Shown: one piece after another, positions 1 to 13,536 of the stretch
Position numbering within the stretch: position 1 is the stretch's first letter
Layout: each line of letters opens with the position of its first letter
Notes under the pieces: generated by a model
The model's database searches: none
Told to the model about the DNA's origin: nothing
The model's input: the letters and a program-made list of their open reading frames with translations, nothing else
Program-made: the position numbers and the translations under genes
Origin: Octopus sinensis
Lineage: Eukaryota
NCBI RefSeq assembly: GCF_006345805.1
Contig: NC_042997.1
Coordinates: 46,376,001-46,440,000 of the forward strand
DNA: 64,000 nt
Direction of reading: 5' to 3'

Positions 1-61
1 CAAGCAGTGACCATAATAATAATAATAATAATAATAATATAATAATAATAATAACAAGAAC

Positions 62-195
62 AACAACAGAATGAGAACCCAGGTTCGAAATTTCCCCAAG
101 ACACCTGATGAAGGCTGGAGGGTGTACCAGCTGAAATGTTGTGTTAACAACAAACAAGATGAGGACAAATATCCGTCAAATGTAAATAATGTAAA
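62..195 (+). mobile_element. Penelope-like terminal repeat fragment with degenerate minimal hammerhead motif (100-145)
   Basis: GACAC-CTGATGA-A-GGCTGG(agggtgta)CCAGCT-GAAA-TGTT-GTGTT. Stem I is GACAC/GTGTT and stem II has 6 bp. Stem III is disrupted (GAAATGTT where GAAACGTT is expected). Adjacent to an (AAT)n tract. Confidence 0.55.
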
Positions 196-299
196 TAGAG
201 TCCAGATTTGATGTATTTTCTAACAATGGTTAAGTGTGGGTCTGGTGACTCTGTGATCAAGAATTTGACATGAAAAGTTTGCAGCCATCAATGAAACAC

Positions 300-760
300 A
301 TTGGTTAATTTTGTGATGGTCTGGGGAGCAATTTGGAGCAATAGTCGGTCAGAGCCGGTGGAGTGTGAGAAAAATATAAACTCTGATAAATGCGTCCATA
401 TTGCAGAAAGGACTCCTTCCAATCTTCTCCAGTGGCGAAACGTTTAAAGATGATTCTTTATTTATGGAAGATTCGGGCTCCTTGTCACTCAGCTAAAAAG
501 ATCCAAGATTGGGTTGGATGAGAATGGCATTAAAAAGCTTCCATAACTAAGCCAGTCAACAGATATGAATTCCATTGAACACCTCTGGACAGGTCACTTC
601 ATAAAAAGAACAACAAAACTTACTCAAAGCCAGATCTTTTGATATTACTGCGTGAAGCTTAGCAAGAAATTCCTGAAGAGAATATTCGTCATCTGATCAG
701 TAGCGTGCCTAATAAGGTCCTTACATTGAAAAATGCAAAGTGTATGTCTTCTAAATAATT
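300..760 (+). pseudogene. Tc1 (DD34E-type) transposase C-terminal relic
   Basis: Frameshifted translation gives VMVWGAIW, LFMED-(G)APCHSAK and SQSTDMNSIEHLW, which are Tc1 catalytic-domain motifs. Confidence 0.8.
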
Positions 761-851
761 TTGAATATGTAATTTCAAGTTTAAATAAATTTTAAAGATT
801 ATAAGTCTATCTAATTCTGTCATATCTGTGTGTGTGTGTGCTTGTTTGTGT

Positions 852-895
<44 letters not shown>

Positions 896-1537
896 TGATA
901 TGATATTATACGACTATAAGGAAGTAATGTAGTCGATTATTTCGATTCTGGGAAAGGAAGAAAAAGTAGGAAGAGAGGAATTCAAACGTAAAAGAATATA
1001 GGTCAGCTAAACAGAGCAGGACATTTAGCCGGTGCCTTACCGTTTTTGCCAATCTACCACCCTAGTAACTATGGCAATAAGGATAAAATAATAAACAAAA
1101 ATAAACAACAATGCTAAGATGGGGTGGCTATTGCCCTTTCTAATATGGATTAGGAGTAAATAACATTAATGAATGAAAAAAAAAATGTAATAAAATACGG
1201 TTTCTGGAAATATCAAAAAAGAATTACTGTAATTATCTACATTTACGAGATGACTGACATTTTCCTTACCAAGTGACATACAACTTATGTTCCTATTTCT
1301 GGCAGCTTGCATTAAAATGCTAACTGTGTTACATATCTTGAAATAAAATATTCCATCAACGACATACATTTCCACGTAGCACAGAGACTGTCTGTTTCCA
1401 CTGTCTCCATCTGTAAATAACTCCACAGAGAAGTATTTGATGGGTTAAACATTGCTATTCGCCTTATTGATAAAGCCGATACTGTAAAAAAAAACACGCC
1501 GCACACAAACGCACACACAGAGACAAACACACGAATG

Positions 1538-1549
1538 TGTGTGTGTATA

Positions 1550-1606
<57 letters not shown>

Positions 1607-1814
1607 TATATATAATATATATAATATATATATATATCTGTGTGAGTGTGTGTATGTAGTATCAATGTATGTATTTATACATATACAGATATACATGTAC
1701 ATAAGATATATATATATATATATACAAATACATATATATATTCACAAATATATTTTTATATGTATAAAGGTATAGATACATATATGCACAAATATACAAA
1801 TATATGTTTATGTG

Positions 1815-1870
<56 letters not shown>

Positions 1871-2010
1871 CAAACATACATACAATATATATATGCACAA
1901 ATGTACAAATATAGGTTTATATGTATGCATATATATATATATATATAGATAGATAGATATGCACAAATATATAAATATATGTTTATATGTATGTATGTAT
2001 ATATATATGC
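1538..2010. repeat. Compound (TA)n/(TG)n microsatellite block
   Basis: Directly visible; it accounts for the spurious YI-repeat ORFs. Confidence 0.95.
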
Positions 2011-3184
2011 ATATAAGTAGATGAAGAATGAATTACCATATCTTGATTATTAGTTACACTTGTCTCGATATCATTCCGTTTCTAACGCCACTGTGCCTAT
2101 ATATTTCACCATGAAAGTTTACGCAATGTATGCGATTGGTTATATTGAAGCGTCACTTGATCAGATTAGCATCTGCCTAAGTCACCAATCTGTTGGCTGA
2201 AGGAAGCTTTTCTCGGATAATAATTTGACATATACTCCACAGGTCAACGACAACGTAATTTTAAAGAGCTGTTGTAAGATACTTAAACAGTTCAATGTAT
2301 TTAGTTAGCACTGTTTGAAGTTTAGTAATGCCAATTGGGCAGGCTATGAACTACTAGCCAATCCGCAGACTTACAGATACATTAACGAGCAATTATACTC
2401 TCATGATGTTAAGGAACAGAAATACTTAGAATATTAATATATTTTATTATAGAACCGTATCGTTTCGACGTAATATTCACGATAACGTCAATCGGCAAGG
2501 TCATGAAATGGTCAGCTAACCTAAACGTCAACATTTCCCCTAACATTTTCCCTAACATTTTCGAGCTCCATAAATTGAGTATAAAGGCAGTATTGACGTC
2601 GATTGTTCTTCTCTAATTCGTTTCTCTCTTTCTTTCCCTTTGTCTGTCTCTGTGTCTGACCGTCTCTCTCAGCCTCTTGCTCCATTTCTCTTCATCTTCT
2701 TTATCTCTTGAAGGGATTGGCTATGGTCAGTTCGCTACCAAATTTGGATGCCTAGAAAACGCAGTATTTCATGACAACGACCTTAGAGCCCAGTCTGAAT
2801 CTGAGAGATCAAAGAAGAAACCAAGGCTCCCTGGCAGTTCGATGAAATTCCTTTCATACAAGATTGAAAACTGCATTTCTAACTGCCCACCATTAGCTAG
2901 TTTCTAGCTCTGTGGTGCTCTCCAGATATTTATAGATATGGTTTGCTTGCATTAGGCAAGATAAATTAATATTTTTGTTAGAAGACGAGCTGGGGCGCTG
3001 TGACATTGAAACTTTGCCAAGAGGAAGTGTTTCAGCGTCACAGTTGAGTTAAATTCTATGGAAAATGTTTGTATTGTCTTTTGTATTGGAATAAATATAT
3101 GGTAGTAGACTTAATTCATCAGGAATTTATCTACTGCAGGAAATATTCGTCAAATTACATTTTGTGGTCGGTCGTTGTTGCTTA

Positions 3185-3400
3185 TGAGGTGGAGCTGAAA
3201 AATTCCTGGCTTTGAGGATAGCGTGAAATCTTGGTTGGAAGCCCAAAATTCTGAGTTCTTCTACAGGGCTTAGAAAAACTGAAGGAACGCTGCAATAGGT
3301 CTGTGAATCTGAGAGGGAGATGCTTTTAATTAAATCATAATTAATTGATCCTCCTGTATGTTCTTTTGCTCAACGCCAGGAACCTTTCAGCTCTTCCTCG
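3185..3400 (+). mobile_element. Mariner-derived MITE / deletion derivative
   Basis: Imperfect TIRs TGAGGTGGAGCTGAAAAATTCCTGGC / GCCAGGAACCTTTCAGCTCTTCCTCG with TA on both sides. The interior resembles a mariner C-terminus (VKSWLEAQNSEFFY..LEKLKERC). Confidence 0.75.
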
Positions 3401-4058
3401 TATGCTGCTATTGCGTGGACTACGATGACGACAAATTGGACAGACTCTGATCGACTATGCTCTATCCGTGACCACCCTGTCTTTTTCCTGTCTACAAGGA
3501 AGACAGAACCACACTACTGCGTCATTTTCTATGCCGTTTTAGTGTGACATGAAGGAGATTCGGCGGCTAGTTCTAGCAAGTCGAAGAAAGCCACCAGGTA
3601 GTGGTTTCGTCGTTGGTCGCTCCTGTTTCGTGAGCATGTATTTCAGAAGACGGATAAATGGGAAGTTTTGACTTTCATACTCTTCTCAATGTCATTTAAA
3701 TTTTGAAGCCCCTTAGTCATGTTACAAACTCAACTCGTTAGAAATTTAATTCTTTCTATGCTGAGTTTGCAAAATATAAGAATTCTTGATATTTTTACTC
3801 TAACTATTTATATAACTTACATCACATTTTTTTGGTTTATTTACAGCTTTGCTACAAGTAGTCACCGAATTTTTCTGCATTTCTGATGGCGACTATGACA
3901 GAAGAGTGTCTACATCTGTAACTCGGAAAGCTTCGTTCTAGTCCTTCGTCGATATTCAGCAAAATATTTAAAAATACTTATATGCATTCATGGATGCATG
4001 CAAACATACATACATACATACATACATACATACATACATACATACATACATACATACA

Positions 4059-4092
<34 letters not shown>

Positions 4093-4116
4093 CATACAAA
4101 CATGCCTATAAAAATA

Positions 4117-4350
4117 TGCTTCCTTCTCGAGCCATGACAGGCACACAAGAACCGGTTACTCGGTTTCAGTGTCGTGTATATTCCCCACCTCGAAGGGACG
4201 TCTATCAGTCGCAGGATTGCTCATTTTTGCCAGTTGAGTTGACTAGAGCAACGTGAAATGAGAGAACATGACGTATCACCCGGTCTAGGAATCGAATCCA
4301 CGTTCATACGGTCATGAATCCTCATCCTAACAACTAAGACACGCTCCTCC
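4117..4350 (-). mobile_element. tRNA-derived SINE with V-domain-like core
   Basis: Reverse complement has a B-box-like GGATTCGATTCC and CTGGCAAAAATGAGCAATCCTGCGACTGATAGACGTCCC. Related to the copy at 48738. Confidence 0.65.
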
Positions 4351-4795
4351 ACTATATACATATACACATACGTAAATATATGATCTGCATAAAAATCTAG
4401 AAAACCATGTCTGCATGAGTGTGTGTGTGTGTGTGTGTGTGTGTGCACGTACACGCAGACACTAAGCCTCGCGCTTATTGGTTAGAATATTGCATGCATC
4501 CAAGAACATAATTTCGTTTAGAGTAGACTAATTTACAATTCTCCAAACACATTCGAGTAGAAGTATGATGTATCTAGACGAACGTAGTCACACAATCATA
4601 CGCATACACATATGCGCAATATATACACACACATATGCATACGTCAGCCAATCAAGATACTCACAAACCTCAAGAGCTGTCTTCATTTAAACAAAAGAAA
4701 CTTGTCACACTGTTTGTGACCAGCTCGAATTCCACGAAGGAGCAATAAAACATAAATAAATCTCAAAGAAGCATGTAAACATACAGGCATGCATA

Positions 4796-5356
4796 CAGGG
4801 TGTTCAAAAAGTCTCTCCGCAGTGAATGTTTTTCATCCTGCGCATGCGCAACTTGGCTATCATTGCATGGGCGGCCGGGTGTCAGCCATTGTCCCTCAGT
4901 CCGTGTGTACCCTTCAGCGTGTCGACATACTAACCATTGAAGGACGAACGTTTTTAGGTGAATGAGTGTTTCGAGCTGGAAACAAACACACAGATAATGT
5001 GAAACGGAAGTTCAGTGAAACATTTCCAAATACTTTTGTTCCACATCGTGACACTCTGTGCGGGATTTGATAAGAAAATCTAGAAACACAGGCTCGAAAA
5101 CCATTAATGAACTTAAAAAACGCAATCATAACCTTCAAACGGTCCATACCGTGTCGGATTCTCCAAGATGTATTTCAAAACGTGTGTAGAAGTGTCAACT
5201 TATGTATTGAAAATTAAGGACGACACTTTCAAAACCTCTTATAAATTTTTTAAAGTCTTGTAAAGTCTAATCTATTCTTTATTAGTCTTATACCATCTTA
5301 TAAATATTTATTTTGTAATATAATACTTATTGCAGAGAGACTGTTTGAACATCCTG
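4796..5356 (+). mobile_element. Internally deleted Tc1/mariner-superfamily element (rosa/DD41D-like N-terminus)
   Basis: TIRs CAGGGTGTTCAAAAAGTCTCTCCGCAG / CTGCAGAGAGACTGTTTGAACATCCTG-like, with TA flanks. The N-terminal HTH-like segment (LTIEGRTFL..KRKFSETFPNT..PHRDT) is fused to a C-terminal segment (KTINELKNAI). Confidence 0.8.
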
Positions 5357-5643
5357 TATAATCAGACAGGAAGACTAATGAATCCAAGCATGTCATCAAG
5401 GCTTGATATGTGAATTTGACTCATAACTGCATTATCTAAAGATTCTTACGTGCAAAAGTATTCTCTGAGCATTCGGATGCAATGATACTGAATGAATGAC
5501 ACCCCTTCCGAAGCGCTATAAGTGTGATTTTTGAGCCTGTAAGAGATATAGTGACGCAACTATAAACACACACACACACAACACACACACAAACACACAC
5601 ACACACACCCACCCACACACGCACACACACGCACACACACACA

Positions 5644-5684
<41 letters not shown>

Positions 5685-5832
5685 TCTCTCTCCAAAACTC
5701 CGGCTGAGTGCTAAACACCCCACAGTAGTTTTAATGTATTACTATGTAATATCCTTTTTATATAAGTAGTAGGGTAGTGTAAATCAACCAGAGAATCGGA
5801 CGTCGCTTTTTCACTTTCTTTCTTTCTTTCTG

Positions 5833-5907
<75 letters not shown>

Positions 5908-6239
5908 CTCTCTCTCTCACTCTCCATCTCTCTCTAACTCCCGCCCTCCCACTCTCCTCCTCCCCCCTCTCTCTCTCTTTTTCTGTGATTAGGGGCAATT
6001 TGGTACGTTGCGGTTTTGAACATTTCCTCATCGTTGGATCTATTTCTGTATAAATCTGCATTCGGATTGTTGCTATAGAGGTAAAAAGTTACATTTATCC
6101 ATTGCAAATGTTGCTGTTCTTGTGCATGTATCTCTAGTGACATGCGTTCCAGTGCAGCCCTCGTGGCCAACTCATTGATACCTATACTATTTTGTTTTTG
6201 TGTGTGTTTGTGTCCCTGCTTATGCCTCCATTGGAGGGG

Positions 6240-6720
6240 AGGGGTAATTTTCCAAATATAGTGTTGCAATTGTTATTGAGGTTTTTGCCTGATCCCATGT
6301 TAGACCTGGGTGACCATAACTCCAAATAAAGACCTTCCCTTCGTTAAAAATGTTATCTTAATTTTGGTTAACGCATCTAGAATCGCCTTATCCAGTGTCC
6401 TTTTTATGTACAACATTTTTAATTTGAAGGAGGTTTGGTTACTATTTCTAGTTGGTAGTCTGTTAAGGTAGAAATAATTCTCATAACTCGAATGCTATTG
6501 AAGTGGTGCTCTGTAATGCTTTGGAAGTGACAAAAGCTCTTCCAAGTGATTGACTTTTTAATACAAATAATGTGTTGGATGGAAATTGTTGTGGCAATAA
6601 ACTACAATTGCGATGTCTAATTTGTCTTTCATTAGTTTCATTTTGTAAATGGTTTGAGGGAGATTGCTTAAGTGCATTCTGTTATGATCCACTTTTATAT
6701 TTAATTTTGTGTCATTTGAA
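6240..6720 (-). pseudogene. Possible decayed Tx1/L1 ORF1-like relic
   Basis: With stops and frameshifts the reverse strand reads ..ELFLP*..KITFLTKGRSL-WSYGHPG, reminiscent of ILFLPTY..VMLEGRPPKCHRC..GH in the ORF at 61160. Weak, by-eye match. Confidence 0.3.
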
Positions 6721-7732
6721 AAATCGAAGGCTCACATACAAATAGCATAGTCTCTTATGGACCGCAGATATTTGAGTAGAAGTGTAGAGTCATTCATGTA
6801 GTTTACCGTAGAAAACTATAATTATAAGATAGTATTGTATTTGGAGTATTTCCAGTAGTTTCATATTTCGAGATCAAAACACGAGCTTCTAGTTGGTGAA
6901 AACCACGCATCGTTTCGATTTTCAATTCATAGAAGTTCTCTTCACTGACGCAGTTAATGTCCTTTGAAAAGCTAGAATGTGATAACACTCCTTTTTCCAT
7001 GTACATTATATTATGCTTACAGGCCGCAGCTCACTTCAATATGTCAATATTTATACCATAACTATTTGATTTGTTCGTTTCGTAGGAGATTTCTTCAAAT
7101 ATTACAGTGTGAATATAGAAACATTGAGAATCTACTTTTGGTAATATGTTCATTTTTACAAATGTACGATCGTTATTTTCATTTATACACTACATTCATT
7201 TATACACATTATGTTCAGTTGTGTATTCGTACATTATGTTCAGAGTGACATTTGTACGTTGGATACATTTGGTCGCCATTTCTTCAATGCTTTGTTCTTC
7301 ACTCTTTCTCCTCATTTTCTGTTGTGATGTTTCTTTGATATATATTTTCCATTGTTTGTTGCGTCCATATTTATATATAGATCAGTTGTAGTTCTTTGGG
7401 TAGAATAACGTTACTGGCAAACGTAGACTTGTTCTCACTTTGGGTTTTAATAATAACTGTTGTTTCATCCGACCTACATTACTATTGCCATTTGCAGAGA
7501 TAAATGTTATAGGATTTGCTCATAATTTCTCAGGACTCATAGATCTATAGAAAAGGACCACGGGAAAACGGACACACATACATTCACACCAGTATGTGTG
7601 CGCGCGCAGGCGTTTATGCTAGCAGTGCTTGTGTGTGTGCGTGAGAGCAAGTGAATAGTGTATGCGTGCGGGTGTGGTTGTTCGCTGTAGAAATATAAAT
7701 CTGGAAAAGGTGTAAGAGAATTATATAACCTT

Positions 7733-7833
7733 TATCTATCTATCTATTTAGATATCTATCTGATCTATCTATTTATCTAATCTATCTATCTGTTTGTCTG
7801 TTTGTCTGTCTATCTATCTAATCTATCTGTCTG

Positions 7834-7886
<53 letters not shown>

Positions 7887-7907
7887 ATCTTTCTATCTAT
7901 CTGTCTG

Positions 7908-7975
<68 letters not shown>

Positions 7976-7978
7976 ACT
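7733..7978. repeat. (TCTA)n/(TCTG)n tetranucleotide microsatellite
   Basis: Directly visible. Confidence 0.95.
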
Positions 7979-8472
7979 GTCTGTTTGTCTGCCCGACTAT
8001 CTCTTTCTCTACATGCAGGTATACAGCAGCTATTTGTATACAAATATACATGCATATGTAGGCGCGCGCGCGTGTGTGTGCACCGAAGTATTTTCAAAAT
8101 ATATTCAGATATTAAGAGGCAAATGAGAGGCGATCAGCATTACAACAATAATACTCGATAAGGCGCCGGTGTCTAAGAACGGGAGAACAATTTGTGATCT
8201 CTGTTTCTCACGGTAATTTGTTATTCGCTACACTGCACGAAGCGTAAAGGAAAGAAATTAACTAATTTCTCTCTGTTATTGTATACTCATATTCCTAATT
8301 GTGAACTTCAAAGCTAGCTCCTTTTAATTTCCTAATTAGTGGCAATTAACGTAAAAGATACCGTAACTGTCCGAAAGGACTGGCGATGCATTTTAATGCT
8401 AATTTCTTCAAATTATCCATGTATAGAACTGAAACTTAATACCAATAAATCAAAACCGTGGTCAGATGACTG

Positions 8473-8511
<39 letters not shown>

Positions 8512-8516
<5 letters not shown>

Positions 8517-9075
8517 TCTCTAGTGTCAGCTCAGAGCTCTGGCCATGCTGATGCACCGCCGTTTTGCTACACTGTTATTACTAAGAGCCTCCTCTAATAT
8601 GTGGCACTTAGTGAAGCATAGAGTTTGATATAGCTACCCTCATTTGTACCTCTTGCCCTGAGGTAGGTTCATCTGGGACTCTCGACAGGAAGAGGTCCAG
8701 CTTTGATTTAAAAACCCCTACACCTACTTTGTACAAGTTCCTCAGACTCTTTGGGAGAATATTAAAAGCTGTGGACCCTTAAAACCCAGTCTGTTGCAGT
8801 GATTGGTCCTGAAGCGCGGTGGCATTGCTGGGACCTTTGGCACTATGCAGTGTCGTCCCGTTCTGGCATTGCTGTAACTTTCAATGCCAAAATTTGGCAC
8901 AATTCCTTCCAGGATCTTCCAGATATATTTTATTGCATACCACTCCCGTCTTCTCTCCAGGGAGTAGAGTCTTAGCTGTTTCAACCTTTCCCAGTAGCTG
9001 AGCTTTTGCAAAGAGACGATCTTTGTGAATCTTCTCTAGATTGTTTCAAGGCCCGCTGTTAATTTCACACTGGTG
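8512..9075 (-). mobile_element. CR1/L2-group LINE 3' fragment including 3'UTR
   Basis: ORF 8742-9011 reads LSYWERLKQLRLYSLERRREWYAIKYIWKILEGIVPN, typical of a CR1-group ORF2 C-terminus. The 3' end abuts (TA)n. Confidence 0.85.
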
Positions 9076-9454
9076 AGTAACCATAGCTGTGAGAAGTAAT
9101 CCAGGCGGCTGAGGATGAACAAGGCACCGACATAACCACATACACACCGAAAAAAATCAGTGGCAAGCGCTACAAGGGCATTTTCACATATATAGTTTTA
9201 GTGTGTGGCTTTTCTGGTCTAACATTATGCAATATTTATCAGGAACAGTGATGTTGGAATTCAAAATCTTTAAACCTATTATCTGTTGTTATTTATTTAT
9301 TTATATATTTATGTTGCAATCATAACGCTCCCTCCTATTACACAGGGATATATTACATTCAACACATGTATGCGTAAATTACATAGGACCATGATACATA
9401 CATACATGCATACATACATACATACATACATACATACATACATACATACATACA

Positions 9455-9488
<34 letters not shown>

Positions 9489-9519
9489 CATACATACACA
9501 CATCCATACATAGCGAATC

Positions 9520-10100
9520 CAAACAAAGAAGATCATAAGCAGTCGTCTGAAAATGTCATCATGGTTTTATCTAACGATAAGACACGATGTTGTAGCTAGG
9601 ACACTCTATAATGAAATCCATCAGAAGGTTAACCCCGAGAACAAAGAAATAAGAAACCACAGTAAGGTAGAAGCCATAGCCACTTATAATAAAACGGAGC
9701 ACTGGTGGAATGTCTGAGTGAAAACCTCCATAAAATGTAAGCACAACAGATCTGCTATAAGGATTTGGGACAGAGAAATGAAACTGTGTACAGTTGTAGA
9801 AATTAGCTGTCCAGCAAATGTAAACATAAAGTTGAAGCGCAGTGAAAAATAGAATACGTACGCTGAACTGTTGAGATATCTGCAGTTGGAATATACCTGA
9901 AGTATTGTGGCCCTGGAATATGTAACACTCTGCCTAAATACCGATCTTGAGAAATTAAGTTTTTCAAAGCCTAAATACCAATCTTGAGAAATTAGGTTAT
10001 TCAAAACCAGAAAGAAGAAATATAATTCGAAGACAAAAGATCCAATCCATCACTGGAACTGTAAAAATCTGTAAAACTTTTCAGAAGTTTATCATATACA
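9520..10100 (+). mobile_element. RLE-type non-LTR retrotransposon 3' fragment (restriction-like endonuclease domain)
   Basis: Degenerate translation IISSRLKM..RHDVVARTLYNEI..KHNRSAIRIWDREMKLCTVVEISCPANVN..SITGTVKICKTF has the RHD and (P)D..E RLE pattern. Confidence 0.7.
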
Positions 10101-10369
10101 TATATATGGGCATGTCTAGATATGCAACTATATGCATGAGAATACATACAGATAACAAAACATACAAATATGCACATATACATACACATATACATACATA
10201 CATACATACATGCATGCTTGCATACATACATACATACATACATACACATACATACATACATACATACACACATACAAAAATAACCTGTTGTTGTTGTTGA
10301 AATTCCAATGATCTTGGAAAATGGCTCTTTCTCTACTGCCAAGAAATCATATGTGTTTCAGTAAGGCTC

Positions 10370-10788
10370 TGCACATAACTCTAGTAACACAGGAATAAAT
10401 AGATGAAAATGTTCATGATTACATAATCCCTAAAATTTGGTCTTCTTATTCCCCAGTTCTCAAACAGTAGACATGTGGAATACTATTGAGAGAGAGGTCA
10501 ATGAAAACACCCATAACACCAAAGATTCTTTGAAAGCTGGCATAGTCAGAGTAATGTCCAAAATGAACCAGAACAACTCGATTCGAGCATGTGAACGATT
10601 TAGATCTCATATCGAACCACCTGTTGAGACTGAAGGTGGCTTTATTGAATAACATTATAAAAAAAAGGTTTATTCTTATCCTCATAGCATTTTTTGATAA
10701 ATAAAGTTGTTATCTGTTATCATATATCTGCTTTTTGTTTATTAAAAAAAAAACATAAATCTGTCCTCAGATTTACTCAGCTCCATGT
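10370..10788 (+). mobile_element. DD37D (maT)-like transposase 3' fragment with right TIR
   Basis: Reads WSSYSP..MWNTIEREVNENTHNTKDSLKAGI..RACERFRSHIE..VETEGGFIE*, followed by a TIR-like end at ~10760-10788. Confidence 0.75.
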
Positions 10789-10911
10789 AACGTACGTTTT
10801 GTGGGGACGTAGAACGAACCCATTTTCTCAGTTATGCGGAGATGATTAAAGAATTTGAGACAATTTCAAGACGATTTCAAAACACACACACACACACACA
10901 CACCACACACA

Positions 10912-10952
<41 letters not shown>

Positions 10953-11499
10953 ACCACACACACACACACACACACACACGCACATAGACATAAATCTGTT
11001 ATCCATCCATCCAACTATCTATCTATCTATCCATGTATTTATCTCTCTTTATCGGGCATTCTTACAGATTATACTCTAAAATAAAGGATATTTACTTTAT
11101 TATTTAAGTAAATCTAATTTTATTGTTCGTTGGATAAAGTCTAGTTAATATGATAATAGAAAATAATTTGCTCGACATTTATGCGCATTATTATGTAGAA
11201 GAAATAAGAAGAACAAACCTCCTCCCCTCTCTCTCTCTCTCTCTGTCGTCCACCCCCCCACACACACACAAACACACATGCGAATCCAAGACAGAAAAGT
11301 TAAGAATCTCAAGAGAAACAAAAATCTAAGAGTGACAGGCGTGACAAATCGATTTTCTATTAATTACTATACAGATGCATGTCCGGTGTAAATATTTCGC
11401 TATTCCTCAACGGAAGTATGTCCGGAACGATCATTTTAATGAGTTTTTCTTGTGTGACATGACAAAACCATTAGCATGTAGAATCTTATCTCTCCCTCT

Positions 11500-11537
<38 letters not shown>

Positions 11538-11670
11538 TTCTTTATATTCACTCGCTAAAACTTAACGTAGTATTTTCTATGCTTTTTCTCTTTTTGTGCT
11601 TTCACTAAAAGATGAAACAGATTCATATTCATTAGTTGACTAAACAGATATACAATTTACAATTTCACAC

Positions 11671-11720
<50 letters not shown>

Positions 11721-12064
11721 ACAATTACATGTATATCCATAGGTGTTGTTGCTAAGTGGTCTAAATGCACAACGGTTTCAAGTTTCGATGGTCCTCGTGC
11801 ACGCTTCGTCAAGTTTCGATAGTCTACATATGTATGTATGTATATATGTCTCCGTGTACGTATGTACGCATGTACGTATGTATCCATGTATGCATATCTG
11901 TATGTCATTATTCAGTTTATTTAAGATTTCTTGCCAAAAGAGAAAGAGACGTTCTCTAACCAAGATCCTGGAATTTCGACAGAGTATTTTTGCATTTATT
12001 ATATGTCAGATTGTATGTGTTGTTCTGTATGTTTATATATATATACATATATATATATATAATA

Positions 12065-12140
<76 letters not shown>

Positions 12141-12183
12141 GTTTTGTATATATGCATATATTCTATTTTATTAACATATATAT

Positions 12184-12226
<43 letters not shown>

Positions 12227-13325
12227 TATGTACTTTTAATGATAAAATTCTGGTAAGTTTGAGAGAATTTTACAGGTCTAGTGATATATATGTGTGTGTA
12301 TATATATATATTGCCTGTTATATACATTATATTATTTTTGTAATTTACTTCATCTTTACTTTTTAATTGTCATTTTAATTTTAACTTTTCTATGATATGC
12401 AATTTTCAAGATGGTGTAATTTAGTTGTTCATTTTTAATCGATAAAAGGTTTTTTTTTAATTCTAATATTTCATGTATAAGCATGTATATATATATAGTG
12501 CTATACAACTTTTCCCCCTTCCTCCCTTATTTTTCTTTTTCTTTTTCCTTTTTTTTCTCTCTTCCCTTCTCCAAACACACAGACACCAACACACGCACAC
12601 ACACACACACGCACACACACACACGCACACACACACACACACAGACACACACACGCACCTCCACAAAACGATCATAAAAAGTGGAAAGAATTCTTAAACC
12701 CAAAAAAGCATTTGACCATTCTCACAATGATAAAAGGAAATATAATTTATGGCCTGCCTCCCCGCCACCACACACACACTCAGTGACACTGTGAAGTGGT
12801 CAAAGCTGAAATTCCTTTTTTGTCCTAAGGCCTTAGAACCCCCTTGGAGTCAATATTCTGTCCAGCAGACCAAAGAAAATTCGTTTCTTCTTCCCTCTCC
12901 CTTCCCTTCATTCGCTTTAGCATTCACCCCAGATACAAACACACACACACACACACACACACACCACACACACACACACACACATACACACACACACACA
13001 CCACACACACACACACACACATACACACATGTTCTCTATCTCACTTTCTCCTCATCCATCATCCTATTGTACTCTCTTATATTCCTCCCCACCCACTACG
13101 AAACTCTATAAAATGGTCAAAACCTTTCACACAGGAACTTAGTTTGATTTGAAAACCCCACTAGAATGGGAGAAAGCGCTAATGGTCTAAGTGATATGAT
13201 ATGTATATAAAAAATGTAATATATAAATAAAGATCTGTAAATATAAGCCATCCGATCTTCTGAGTACCTCATTTCTTCTAATATATACGTGTTATTATAT
13301 ATAAATATATATATATACATATACG

Positions 13326-13358
<33 letters not shown>

Positions 13359-13378
13359 TATATATATGTATTATATAT

Positions 13379-13409
<31 letters not shown>

Positions 13410-13536
13410 ATATTACATATATATATATGCATATATATTCATATACATATACATAAATACATACACACACATATGTACGGATATTTATATACATATGTAT
13501 TACATCTTATATGATATATCTCATATATCGCATATA

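Noticed and set aside
6810-7520. Possible RLE-LINE relic on the minus strand (SEENFYELK..)
   Set aside because: Similarity too fragmentary to support by eye.
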